A stretch of 64,000 nucleotides of DNA from Octopus vulgaris (Eukaryota): the NCBI GenBank assembly GCA_951406725.2, contig OX597830.1, forward strand, positions 19,902,001-19,966,000. The letters are read 5' to 3'. Made by a program: the position numbers and the translations under genes. Below, one piece after another: positions 1 to 11,797 of this stretch; positions within the stretch are counted from its first letter, which is position 1; each line of letters begins with the position of its first letter. The notes below the pieces were generated by a model. The model saw nothing but the letters and a program-made list of their open reading frames with translations, made no database searches and had not been told where the DNA came from.

Positions 1-33
1 ATGTGTTTGTGTTTATGTGTGCTCGATAACATT

Positions 34-79
<46 letters not shown>

Positions 80-220
80 AGTGATTATATATATGCATGT
101 ATATGTATATATATATATATTTGTTTATATACATATATATATGTATATATGTATGAATGTGTGTATGGTAATATTTATATACAAGTTTATGTAAACAGTT
201 AAACGAACACACACACGCTC

Positions 221-269
<49 letters not shown>

Positions 270-404
270 CTATACGTGTGTATATGTGTGTGTGTATGCT
301 TTGTGTCTGTTGTTTGTATGTATACATGTGTCTTTCAACTCTCTCCCTCTACACCACTCATGCATACATACACACACATATATACACACATACATACAGA
401 TATA

Positions 405-465
<61 letters not shown>

Positions 466-490
466 ACACACATACATACATATATAAACA

Positions 491-534
<44 letters not shown>

Positions 535-567
535 CATATATACATATATATATATGTATATATATAT

Positions 568-673
<106 letters not shown>

Positions 674-683
674 CATACATATG

Positions 684-736
<53 letters not shown>

Positions 737-1059
737 CTATTGCCACGAATCATTAGACAAGACACAATAGTGACTGACGTCTTTGAAATGAAAACAAGAA
801 AATAGATGCTGGTGGTTAAGTGTGATGGTGGTGGTGGTGGTGGTGGTGGTCACATCGTTGCTCTTACGTTTTGAATGGTGCCTAGTTATGAAGAAATGAA
901 GGCAATGAGGATAATCATGATAATGAGGAAAGGAAGGAAGGAAGGTAGGAAGGAAGGAAGGAAGGGTAAAAGAGGAGGAAGTGAGAGAAGTAGAGGGGGA
1001 GGAAGAATAGGAGATGAGGGAAGAGGACTGAGGGAGACAGCTGATGAGTGGAAAACTTG

Positions 1060-1790
1060 TTGTTTAGGTCTAGGTCAGCTTTTATCGAACAGACCTACGA
1101 TATCGAAGCTATGCCAGCCGTGACCATCAATCACTTTTATTTATTTTTTTTACTCTTTTGCAATGTGCAGGGTCCCTGTGACCATATTATTCAGCGCGTG
1201 ATCTTTTTGAAGTGTGATTTGAAAGAGATTTGGCTGCTATTTCTAACAGGTTTAGCGACGGCGGAGAGGGATGATATTGGTTAATGTAGATGTTGTTATT
1301 GTTATTGTTGTTGTTGTTGTTTGTTTGTTTACCCTCTAAGTTTTTAATGATCAAACTGAGCTATGACCAAAAGGCGTTCCAATCGCGACCATTTCATCTT
1401 TCTTTATTCAAACATAGTCCATTTCCATTTAAAACTACTTTCCTTATCTAATGTGTCTTCCCTTCAGCTTTTGAAATCGATAGGGTGTGATTTAAAGGAA
1501 GCTTAACTGCTCTCTTTAGCAGATCGAACGACTATTTAGAGACTCTTCTTTATTGGTTAGTGTTTAGGCCCAGATCAGCCCAGATTAAGCACGCGCACAT
1601 ACACACACACAAACATAGCATACATGCACAGACACACACACACTCTCTCATCCACACGCACACACAGTAATATATGTACGACGGGATTCTTTCAGTTTCC
1701 ATCTACCAAATCTGAACTCACAAGTTGGGAGTAATTCGAGAAAAATTGGTCGTTATTTCTGGCAGGTTGAGCGACCAAGTAGAGGTTCTT
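1060..1790 (+). repeat. Cluster of old dispersed-repeat fragments (motif GTGTGATTTGARRGAGATTTGGCTGCTATTTCTA)
   Basis: Related motif at about 1212-1260, 1484-1530 and 1730-1780. It recurs near 51845-51900 (-) and 52120-52172 (+). Family not identified. Confidence 0.45.
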
Positions 1791-2024
1791 TCCTAGACTC
1801 GTGCTGGTGTAAATGTAATCTGTAGCCGCAATCATTATTGTCATCGTAATAGTCGAAGTACCGTCCCTCGTTCAATATCCACTGTCACCGCTGCTCTGTC
1901 CATTGTCAAAAACCGTCTTTAAGCTTCATCTCACAAGATCAATGCTCCCTATTTCAAACACGTGCCGTGAGGTTATTACAGTTTACCATTTGAAACAGTA
2001 CTGCCAGTGTATGATAAACAAGGG

Positions 2025-2535
2025 TAATTAACATATGTATAATTAACCATAATTTAATTAGTCTCTGTATAATTAAGGCAGCTAGTTGACCATTGTTTAA
2101 TTAATAGTTATTTAATTAAAGAATTAACCTCGGTTAGAATTGAATTAAGTATGGTATAATTAAGGTAGGTGATTAACCAGTATATAATTAACACCTGAAA
2201 GTTAACCACTGTAAAATTAACTATTATTTAATTAAGGAATGTAATTAGTTACTTTATAAGTAACCACTGCCGAATTAACACTATAATTAACTTCTAATAT
2301 TAATTATTGTATATTTGTAAGATTAGGTATCGTATAATTAAAGTCAAAAATACTTCATAATCAACCATCGTATTATTAATGACGGTAATTAACCACAAAA
2401 ATCGTATAATTGCGTATGGAAAATAATTAACGAGAGTATAATTAATTATTGTATAACTAAGGAAGATTATTAACTTTCGAATAGTTAAACCATATGTAAT
2501 TAACGAAAGTAATTAAACACTTTCTAATTAATCAT
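2025..2535. repeat. Degenerate TAATTAA(C)-rich cryptic repeat
   Basis: Many TAATTA/AATTAAC words (e.g. gtataattaacc, gtaattaacc) packed into about 500 bp, unlike the flanks. Confidence 0.6.
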
Positions 2536-2689
2536 TACCAGCAGTGACCATGAAAATTCTTTGGTTATTTTGAAAACTATGGTAGTTTATAAAGAACCAT
2601 GAATTGAGAAGTTTCTCTCGAAATTGTATTTTCTTCTGAAACGTTTGATTCTTGGGATGCTAAAAGCTGCCATCTTGAGTCGAACAGAC

Positions 2690-2895
2690 TCATAAGGGCC
2701 GGTTTCCCGGTTTCATGACGTACCGGAGCGCCGGTCCGTCGCAGGATAACTAATTTTTGCCAGCTGAGTGGACTGGAGCAACGTGAAATGAAGTGTTTTG
2801 CTCAAGAACACAACGCGTCGCCCGGTCCAGGAATCGAAACCACAATCTTACGATCATGAGTCCAACACCCTAACCGCTAAGCCGCGCGCTCCCAC
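2690..2895 (-). mobile_element. tRNA-derived SINE, family C
   Basis: Minus strand has A-box CGGCTTAGCGG, B-box GGTTTCGATTCC, then GTTCTTGAGCAAAACACTT and CTCCAGTCCACTCAGCTGGCAAAAA, which are shared with other copies in the window. Confidence 0.85.
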
Positions 2896-3020
2896 ATTCT
2901 TGAGATGATGTAAAGTCCACATAGGTAGCACGAAAGGTGCAGTCTTAGGGGAGAACATTTTTGAAAACTATACATTGAGAAGCGATATCTATAATTTTCA
3001 GTACAAGAAGTAAATAATCT

Positions 3021-3230
3021 TTCTTATGGAACGAAATCGAAGACAATCCATCGATAATATTGTTCATATGGAACGAAATCGAAGACAATCCATCGGTAAT
3101 ATTGTTCCTATGGAACGAAATCAAGGACAATCCACTGATAATATTGTTCATATGGAACGAAATCGAAGACAATCCACTGATTATATTGTTCCTATGAAAT
3201 GAAATCGAAGACAATCCATCGATAATATTG
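3021..3230. repeat. Minisatellite, about 42-bp unit x5
   Basis: Unit TTC(A/C)TATGGAACGAAATCGAAGACAATCCA(TC/CT)GATAATATTG is repeated five times. It explains the repetitive ORF 2945-3214. Confidence 0.92.
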
Positions 3231-3339
3231 TTATGTTATAGTACATCTACGTAGGTAGTCTTTTGGTAAATCTTAACACCTTGGTCTACATCCTTCTTTT
3301 ATGTATCAGTTGAGAACGCATACAGCTGGAGATGAAACG

Positions 3340-3748
3340 ATGATCTGTGTAGTTAAGAAGCTAGCTTTGCAACCACATGGTTTTAGGTTCAGTCCCCTTG
3401 TGCGGCACCTTGGACAAACGTCTTTTACTATAGTCCTAGGCCAACCAAAGTCTTGCAGGTTCGGCAATCGGAAACTGTAGAAGCCCGTTGTATATGTGTG
3501 AGTGTGTATATGTGAGTCATTTTTTTTTTGTTGCGTTTATGACCAACCAACACTTGATAACTGGCGTTGGTTTGTATATACACCCCAGCCCCGTAACGTA
3601 GCGTTTAGAAAATTAGAAACATAAAGTAATTTCCCCGACTTCTAAATAAGTAGCAAGGTCGATATGTTCCATCAAACCCTTCAAGGCGGTGCTCCAGCAT
3701 GGCCGCAGTCCAATGACTGAAACAAGTAAAATATATAAGATAAAAGAA
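3340..3748 (+). mobile_element. tRNA-derived SINE, family B (diverged)
   Basis: GGTTCAGTCCC B-box-like motif, CACCTTGGACAA, an internal GT tract, and the 3' GGCGGTGCTCCAGCATGGCCGCAGTC...ACTGAAACAAGTAAAA. Confidence 0.85.
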
Positions 3749-3807
3749 AAACTCAATTATATCTGCTTACAGAGTAGTATACGTCTTAGCATGTACGACA
3801 TATAAGT

Positions 3808-3995
3808 CTTTTCTACTTTAGGCACAAGGCCCGAAATTTTTGGGGAGGGGCCAGTCGATTAGATCGGCTCCAGTACGCAACTGGTACTTAGTTTATCGAA
3901 TTCGGAAGGATGAAAGGCAAAGTCGACCGCGGCGGAATTTGAACTCAGAACGTAAAGACAGACGAATCACCACTAAGCATTTCGCCCGGCGTGAT
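3808..3995 (-). mobile_element. tRNA-derived SINE, family A (MetaSINE-like central domain)
   Basis: Minus strand reads GTTCTGAGTTCAAATTCCGCC...GTCGACTTTGCCTTTCATCCTT...CGATAAACTAAGTACCAG. Confidence 0.85.
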
Positions 3996-4878
3996 ATACG
4001 ACACATAATTGAAATCATTTATTCAATTGTTGTTGTTGTTGTTGTTGTTGTCATAAGAATTTCGGAAGTTCGAAAACGTGAAATAATTGTCTTTAGGAAC
4101 AGTGAATCTCGAAACAGATTAAGCTACAAATAACAGCATGTAAATATTGGTTTAAAAACACCTTTGCATAGAAAGTGTTCGAAAGCTGCCTGTTGGACTC
4201 GAACCCGTACCTCCTTAATAAAAATAATATAAAAGTTGTATCTAACATTATTCGATATTCCTTCATAATTCAAGCATTAGATTAAGATAGAAAATGTCGA
4301 ATGCTGCTAGTTGGACTCGAACCTCTATCTCCTCCTTAATGTAAATAATGTAAAAGTAGTATCTGTAATAGATACGTTATTCGATATTGTTTCATAATTC
4401 AGGCATTAGATTCGTAGACCGTAACCGAATAATATTATAGATATAATTAACGACCAATAAGCTGGTGCATTCGAGATACGTGATAAACTCCCGGAAAATA
4501 GCTTTTTTTTATGATCCGGTTACGAGCCGTTTCACACAATTCGATTGTCATTCTCTTCTGTCTGATTTAGTTAATTGACACCTAGCGGCGGTAATGTAAC
4601 CCGTTGATTGCTTGGAATATAACACAATTAAAAACAAAGATTCAGTCTTCAGTAGTGCAATAATTTCCTTTATTAAAACACAGTTTATGAAACTAATTAA
4701 TCACAATATAATTTAACGATGTCTGTAGATATAATTGGCCTCTATTACTTTTGAGAAATGCAGAAAAAGTATAAAAAGCTCAGTCTAACATTCCTTATGA
4801 ACATCCAGTTGAGGTTTTGTTTACAGTCTCTCCGGGTGTCTGACGATCTCGTGCTGTTTTCAATAGAGAAACGACAAA

Positions 4879-4927
<49 letters not shown>

Positions 4928-5312
4928 GTTTCTATTATAGGTACAAGGCCTGAAAATTTTTGGGAAGGGACTAGTCGATTACATCGACACCAGTATTTCA
5001 CTGGTACTTAATTTATCGACCCCGAAAGAATGAAAGGCAAAGTCGACCTCGGCGGAATTTGAATTCAGTACGTAGCGGCAGACGAAATACCCATTTCTTT
5101 ACTACCCACATGGGGCTAAACACAGAGGGGACGAACAAACGGATTAAGTCGATTATATCGACCCCAGTGCGTAACTGGTACTTATTTAATCGACCCCGAA
5201 AGGATGAAAGGCAAAGTCAACCTCGGCGGAATTTGAACTCAGAACGTAGCGGCAGACGAAATTACTGCTAAGCATTTCGCCCGGCGTGCTAACGATTCTG
5301 CCAGCTCACCGC

Positions 5313-5314
<2 letters not shown>
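4928..5314 (-). mobile_element. SINE family A, head-to-tail dimer
   Basis: Two consecutive copies of the family A body. Only the copy ending at about 5314 has the full tRNA-like head. Confidence 0.88.
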
Positions 5315-5343
<29 letters not shown>

Positions 5344-5385
5344 AGGAGGAGGAGGAGGATGATGATGATGATGATGATAATGATG

Positions 5386-5452
<67 letters not shown>

Positions 5453-5477
5453 GAAGAAGAAGAAGAAGAAGAAGAAA

Positions 5478-5965
5478 GAATACGATGGCCGGCGACCAGA
5501 TGTCGTTGTACTAGATGAAGGAAGAAAGGAAACCAAGATTATAGATATTGCAATACCTGGGGATGCAGGCATACGTGACAAAGAACTAGAAAAGATGGAA
5601 AAGTACAGACTACTAAAAGACGAAATTGCAAGAATGTGGCCTATGAGGACAGCGTCTGTCATTCCAGTAGTTGTAGTTGTACTCGGACCTCTAACAACCA
5701 ATTTCGAGAAATATGTCAGAGAAATCGGAATTGACATGAGAGCAGAGAAAGCCCCCCAAAACTGCTCTGCTAGGGACAGCTAGGATTTTGAGATTGGTAT
5801 TTGGCTGTTCAATGTCTCCTACGATAATTAACAAACAATAAGTATCAAAAAGTATCAAGTGTGCGAAAGGAGACCCTGTGGGACCCCTGACAGGAGGCTG
5901 CTGCCCGCTCTTACAGAATCTACCAAGACTTGCAGAATAAACAAGAACGAGTGTTCTGAGAAGTA
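5478..5965 (+). mobile_element. R4/Dong-like non-LTR retrotransposon 3' fragment (restriction-like endonuclease)
   Basis: ORF reads RRPDVVVLDEGRKETKIIDIAIPGD...KELEKMEKYRLLKDEIARMW...VIPVVV, the RLE signature RPD..D..K..KY. Flanked by (AAT)n(AAG)n and (AAC)n. Confidence 0.88.
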
Positions 5966-6057
5966 AAACAACAACAACAACAGCAACAATAACAACTACA
6001 ACAAAACAATAACAGCAAGAAGAAGAAGAAGAAGAAGAAGAAGAAGAAGAAGAAGAA

Positions 6058-6220
6058 GAAGAAGAGTGCGGCTGTTATCGAACGAACAATATTTGGACAC
6101 TTCGTGTGTTTCCCTTAAATATTACCAGAATGAAGTAGACTGAGACGATTATTTTGAACGTGCGGAAGACACACGAAGTGTCGAAATATTGTTTGTTCGA
6201 TAACAGTCGCACTCTTCTTC
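6058..6220. repeat. Fold-back element with about 50-bp inverted arms and a decayed HHR-like motif
   Basis: GAAGAGTGCGGCTGTTATCGAACGAACAATATTTGGACACTTCGTGTGT pairs with ACACACGAAGTGTCGAAATATTGTTTGTTCGATAACAGTCGCACTCTTC. Confidence 0.85.
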
Positions 6221-6344
6221 ATCTCATATAGATTTGCCATACAGGCATTACAAACAGGGGACAAACAAGGACAGACAAACATAAAGGGTGAAGAAGCTTT
6301 TACGTTTTTAAAAATGTCAAATCAATCGGATGAAAAAATGAATC

Positions 6345-6950
6345 GATGAAATATGCAATAAAAAAATTTAAATTTTGAATAAGTCATTGCGTTCCGCAAT
6401 GAGGAGCCTTGAAAAAAAGGCACCCGGCCATCTGGGTAGAACCTTTACTTTTTTAATCCGACCTCACTCACCTGGTGCCAATCGTACCCAGCTTGCTCAC
6501 CACAGGCTTCCATCTTTTCATAAATATATCTCATGACAGACATTTCTTCTCCAGCCTGATCTTACTACCGAGGTGGCAACTAAAAAAGTTAACTGACTTC
6601 TGACCGGAGACAAAGGTACCTGTTACTATACCTTTCACACACGTCTTTCATACTGTTTCTTTTTTCAGTATGGCTACTACGCAGAGAAAACAAGCCTTCC
6701 TTTCCCTGATAGAAAAGGTGGCCTTCCTTTCGATGATAGACTCAGCTGATAGCTGTGCTCTTCCCATCACTGACAACAGTTGTTCGACAAAAACTATCAG
6801 CCCCGATAAATCCAGACACTCCACGAATGCGTGCGAGACGGTTTCCCTATCTTGCCCACATCTATATTATTCAGATACCCCAGCCCGATACGTTCTCCTC
6901 AACAGGTTGACCAACTGATTTTCATCGTAGCCAAGGCGTCTTCTGACATA
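6345..6950 (-). mobile_element. Tx1/L1-like LINE 3' fragment (zf-RVT-like region, decayed)
   Basis: Hand translation of 6863->6468: RCGQDRETVSHAFVECLDLSGLIVFVEQLLSVMGRAQLSAES...V*KTCVKGIVTGTFVSGQKSVNFFSCHLGSKIRLEKKCLS*DIFMKRW. It is collinear with the fragment at 40432. Confidence 0.75.
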
Positions 6951-7002
6951 GATTCCATTAACCTGCTATAGAAAACCTGTTTGTGAAATTAATAGCAGAA
7001 GA

Positions 7003-7200
7003 CACGTGTACTCTTAGCATAGTTCTCAGAGCGATGTGATAAACAAGTGACAAGGCTGGCCCGTTCAAATGCAGTAACAAATCATTTTTGCCAGCTGAGT
7101 GGACTAGAGCAAGGTGAGATGAAGCGTCTTGCTCAAGGAAACAATGCGCCGCCGAGAATTGAACTCACTACGTTACGATCGGGATCCGAATAACCTAACT
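7003..7200 (-). mobile_element. SINE family C (diverged)
   Basis: TTTTTGCCAGCTGAGTGGACTAGAGCAA...CTTGCTCAAGGA...AATTGAACTC on the plus strand. Confidence 0.8.
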
Positions 7201-7217
7201 ACACACACACACACAAA

Positions 7218-7271
<54 letters not shown>

Positions 7272-7444
7272 CATATACATAATTTGTTGTAAGTCAGTTT
7301 GATAAGTCTACCTTGAGGTATATGGTGATAATAGAGCTCCACGTGCATTTAACGATGAGTTCACACGCTCGGCGTTACGAAAGTAGTCGCCATGATTAAT
7401 TTAGGAGTTCAACGACTCAGAAATCACACAAAACAAACAAATAT

Positions 7445-8237
7445 ATGATCCGGTTCTTGACTGAAGATTGAAGGCTTCGAATGTCCCGTCCGTGTTTTTT
7501 GTGTCGTCATCAAAATGTTTTGCGTTCTTGTCCCAGTTTGTATTTTTTATACATATATATATAGCGACGTACGTACCCTCTCTCTAAACTCGGTACGACT
7601 CAACACTATCTCTCTCCCCTTCTCCTACATTCCTTTCCCTTTCTTTGCACTTCACTTTGTCTCTGTCCCTTTTTTCTCTCTCTCTCTTCTCCTCTTCCTT
7701 AATTCATTGTTCCTCTATTCTCTCTCTTCTCCCCCTCCTTGATTCCCCTGTCCCTCTTTTCCTCTCTCTTCTCTTCACGCATGACTCACTGACCGACTTG
7801 CTGGCCTTTTGGGTCTAGCAGCCGTCGGGGTAACACCAACATTTTTTTCTCTCTGCCCCAAGGCACATTCCTAACACGCTAGCTGAGGTTAATTCGTCCA
7901 AGTCGAAAGACGCCTGTTCGTGATGTCCTGTTATTGTTATTAATATTATAATTATTGTTTTTACGTTTTATTTTTGTATTCATATTCGTGTAACATCGTC
8001 CGTTTTTCTGTCCTTGTTTTGTATACATTCGAAGCTTTCTTCCAAGGAATCTAATGCGCTTAGCTTAGTTTTTCCTTGGGCTTGGCCAGATTGGAGCAAT
8101 CTCAAGATTAATCAGCCGAAATTGCGAGGATGATCCGGTTCTTGACTGAAGATTGAAGTCTTCGAATGTCCCGTCCGTGTTTTTTGTGTCGTCATCAAAT
8201 TGTTTTGCGTTCTTGTCCCAGTTTGTATTTTTTATAC
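7445..8237. mobile_element. Terminally redundant element (about 108-bp direct repeats 685 bp apart), probably PLE-derived
   Basis: ATGATCCGGTTCTTGACTGAAGATTGAAG...CCCAGTTTGTATTTTTTATAC starts at 7445 and at 8130. A solo inverted copy lies at about 54035-54135 within (TA)n. Confidence 0.6.
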
Positions 8238-8362
8238 ACACACACACACACATATATATAGAGATATATACACATACATATATATATATACATATATATA
8301 TATGTATATATATATATTTATATGTATATATATGTATATATATATATGTATATATATGTATA

Positions 8363-8404
<42 letters not shown>

Positions 8405-8632
8405 AACGTATGTATATATATACATATGTATGTATATGTATATATGTATATATGTATATATATGTATATATGTATATATATGTATATGTATATATATGTA
8501 TATATATATATATATGTATATATATATGTATATATATATGTATATATATGTATATATATATATGGATAGACGGTAAGATAGATAGATTAATGTTTTCAAC
8601 TGAATATGCATATTCAATTCAATCTCCCTATT

Positions 8633-8687
<55 letters not shown>

Positions 8688-9764
8688 AACATGCATATAT
8701 GTATGTGTGTGTATGAGTACATGTATGCACACACATAAATACATATGTATATCTATCTATCTACTTATCTATCGCTTTCTCCCTTCCTGTCTCTCTGTAT
8801 ACGCATGTGTTTGTGTGTGTGTGTATATATATATGTATATATACATACACACACACACACTCACCCACCCACACACACATACATACACATGTATGTATGT
8901 ACGTCTGCGCATATGTATTTAAATATGTATGTACGTATGCCCATCCATCCGTACGTACATATACGTATCTACGTACACATATACACATACTCATATCGTG
9001 CTATTTCTCCATTTCTATCTCTGTAATGCGACAAACTAATGGCGGTATAGCACAGCAATATCAATTAACAAAATTACATTATGTTATTGATACATGGACT
9101 AATTACTATTGGTCGGTTTACTGTTATCGATCTGTCTATTAACTATTGTTACATTCATCATTATTTTGGGTGTACTGATTTTCCAAATTTTTCCAATTTT
9201 TTTGGTCAAATTTTGTTCATTTTTATGATTTTTTTTTTTTCTAATAAATTTTATTATTTTATATCATTTATTATTGTATATTATTTAAAAAAAATTATTT
9301 TATCATATTTTTTATAGTTTTTTTCTTTTACAATTGTTCAGTTGTTTTTATTTGGGTTTTGTCTTCACGCAACTACTCTGTGATCTTGTAAATTTGTGAT
9401 GTTTCAATTTTGTGATCTTGCAAATTGTATTTTGATCTTGTAAAGATGTGTTTAACTCATAAATGACAAAGGGTGATCTTAATAACAACGTTCATTATTA
9501 TACCAACATTGTTGAGTTGTTGTGTTGTTGTGTACGTCTCTACACAGCATGCCGTGTCAACGTTAGGCCACTGTTACACCTTGTCAGCCATTGTGCATTC
9601 ACTTTAAATTATGCATCTTTTCATAGGAATACTTGTTTCCGTAATATTTTTTCCTCGTCAGTGTTTTATTTTTTCTCGTTTATTTTTTATTATTTATTTT
9701 TTGTATTTTTTGTTTCTGCAGTGTATTGACAGAATCGGCAAAGCAGCAGCAGACAAAGTGATTT

Positions 9765-9985
9765 ATTCTTTTAAATTGTTGCTGTCAGTAGCCTGCGGCC
9801 AAGCTGAGGCATCTGTTTGAAAGATTTAATCGATCAAATCAACCCCAGTACTTATTTTTAAGCCAGGTATTAATTCTATTCCGTCGCTCTTGGCCGAACT
9901 ACTAAGTCACGGGCACATAAACAAACCAACACCAGTTGGAAAGTGGTGGGGCCGGGACAAAGAGAAACACAAAGGCACGCACGCA
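9765..9985 (-). mobile_element. SINE family B, 3' half
   Basis: CTGCGGCCAAGCTG...CCCCAGTACTTATT...GCCGAACTACTAAGTCACGGGCACATAAACA is the reverse complement of the family B tail. Confidence 0.75.
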
Positions 9986-10081
9986 CATATATATGTATAT
10001 ATTTACATATGTATGTATGTATATATGTATATATGTATGAATGTATGTATGTATGTGTGTATGTATGTATGTATGTATACA

Positions 10082-10195
<114 letters not shown>

Positions 10196-10399
10196 CATAC
10201 ATATAAGAAGGATGACCACTAAGTGGACATCCATATGCTAGAAGTAGACCCCTTATGGAAAGGACTGTTCGCAAGAAATTGGTTTGTGATTAATCTGTAT
10301 ATTTTGTATCTTTACATTTGTCTTGCTCGCTTGCATTCTGGCGTTTGCTAAATTTTCTTGAGAACATTCCATTCTTAGTGGTAAGACCATAGCGGGTCT

Positions 10400-10562
10400 A
10401 CACACATTTTTTTCTCTCCTTGTTTTTTTCTGTATCCCTTTCTGTAGAAGAGCGTAGGCTCGAAACGTAAAAGACTTTTCTATTCCTGGGCGTTATACTA
10501 ATACATCTGTTTGTTTTGTACACCGCCTGTCTTCGTCCTTGTTTATTTTTCGTAAACTCTCC

Positions 10563-10565
<3 letters not shown>
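10400..10565 (+). mobile_element. PLE pseudo-LTR-like repeat (family F) with degenerate minimal HHR at 10437-10474
   Basis: CTTT-CTGTAGA-A-GAGC GTAG GCTC-GAAA-CG-TA-AAAG. Homologues at 43195-43380 (-) and 57380-57550 (+). Confidence 0.65.
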
Positions 10566-10606
<41 letters not shown>

Positions 10607-10725
10607 GATTGTTTATGGAAGACAAGCAGTCGCCCATGCATACCGGCCTCCCCTCTCCACGCCACCAGTGTTATCCAAGGGAAAGGCAAGGGCCGATACA
10701 GCTTGGCACCTGTGAAGGCGCATGG
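10607..10725 (-). mobile_element. Fragment of the SINE family C 3' region
   Basis: Reverse complement of 51120-51240. Confidence 0.75.
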
Positions 10726-10879
10726 CTCAGTAATATATATATATATATATATATATATATTCTAGTGTATCCGTGCCGTCAGAAATGACGGTATGAAAAT
10801 TATACAGAAAATAAAATTAAAATAAAAACATCACAACCTTTATCTCAGTAATCGCTTCAACACCACGTTTCTAGTGAAA

Positions 10880-11091
10880 GCCTTACCAGCAATGAGTTCG
10901 CCTTGTCTTGGATGGTCCGTTTCAGTGCTAACCATTATTCTTCCATTCTTTTCCTCGATGTTCTCTCTCTTTCGATTTCTCCCCTTTCTGCTGCTTCCTC
11001 TTCCGTTTCATCTTGTCGCCTTTGCGATGCTCTCGTTCTTAGATATTCTCTCCTTAATGCTTGATTTTCTGCTTCATCTTGGTGCTTTTGT

Positions 11092-11131
<40 letters not shown>

Positions 11132-11348
11132 GATATCTCTCCTTTGTGCAATTAGGCGCTCCTTTTCATTTCGACGTCTTCGAGCCTGTCTTCTGGCATC
11201 TTGCGCTCGTCTCTCCTGTGTCACTTCTTGTGATTGCTTTAATAACCTTAATGTATTGCTTAATCTTCTCGCGTCCAGTTCTTCCTGAGTGAATCTGGGT
11301 GTCTCTCTCTGTACAACCGTCGCCTTCTGTCTGATTCATTCTCCACAG
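10880..11348 (-). pseudogene. Decayed Arg/Glu-rich repeat ORF, possibly the Helitron N-terminal (STPR-like) region
   Basis: Minus-strand frames give ENESDRRRRLYRER, TQEELDARRLSNTLRL...ERRAQDARRQARRRRNE and RASQRRQDETEEEAAERGEIERERTSRKR. Interrupted by frameshifts and an (AG)n expansion. Confidence 0.4.
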
Positions 11349-11479
11349 CAAGTGGATGAGTATATTTAATACAACGGAACAAAACCTTCAAAACAAATGA
11401 GTATATTTATGTGTGTGTGTACGTGCGTATGTGTGTGTGTTAAATAAAGAATCAGTATGTGTGTGTGTTAGTTTCTTTA

Positions 11480-11728
11480 TATGTTCCTTGAGCAAGACAC
11501 TTTATTTCACGTTGCTCCAGTCCACTCAGCTGGCAAAAATGAGTTGTACTTGTATTTCAAAGGGTCAGCCTTGTCACTCTCTGTGTCACGCTGATTATCC
11601 CCGAGAACTACGTTAAGGGTACACGTGTCTGTGGAATGCTCAGCCATTTTGCACGTTAATTTCACGAGCAAGCTGTTCCGTTGATCGTATCAGCTGGGAC
11701 CCTCGTCGTCGTAACCGGCGGAGTCTTT
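11480..11728 (+). mobile_element. SINE family C, 5'-truncated
   Basis: CCTTGAGCAAGACACTTTATTTCACGTTGCTCCAGTCCACTCAGCTGGCAAAAATGAG...GTCGTCGTAACCGGCGGAGT. Confidence 0.88.
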
Positions 11729-11797
11729 TAGATATTTCTATACATAACCATACAAAATCCAAAATTACACAGGATTACATTAACGGTATACACACAT

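Noticed and set aside
3021-3230. Regular repeats as a CRISPR array
   Set aside because: The units are contiguous with no unique spacers, the context is eukaryotic, and there are no cas genes.
9511-9561. Pre-miRNA-like hairpin
   Set aside because: Pairing is short and relies on GT-rich low-complexity sequence, and I recognise no known mature miRNA.
9722-9820. Coding exon after a strong polypyrimidine/CAG acceptor
   Set aside because: The reading frame runs into a decayed antisense SINE, there is no good donor, and the peptide is unrecognisable.
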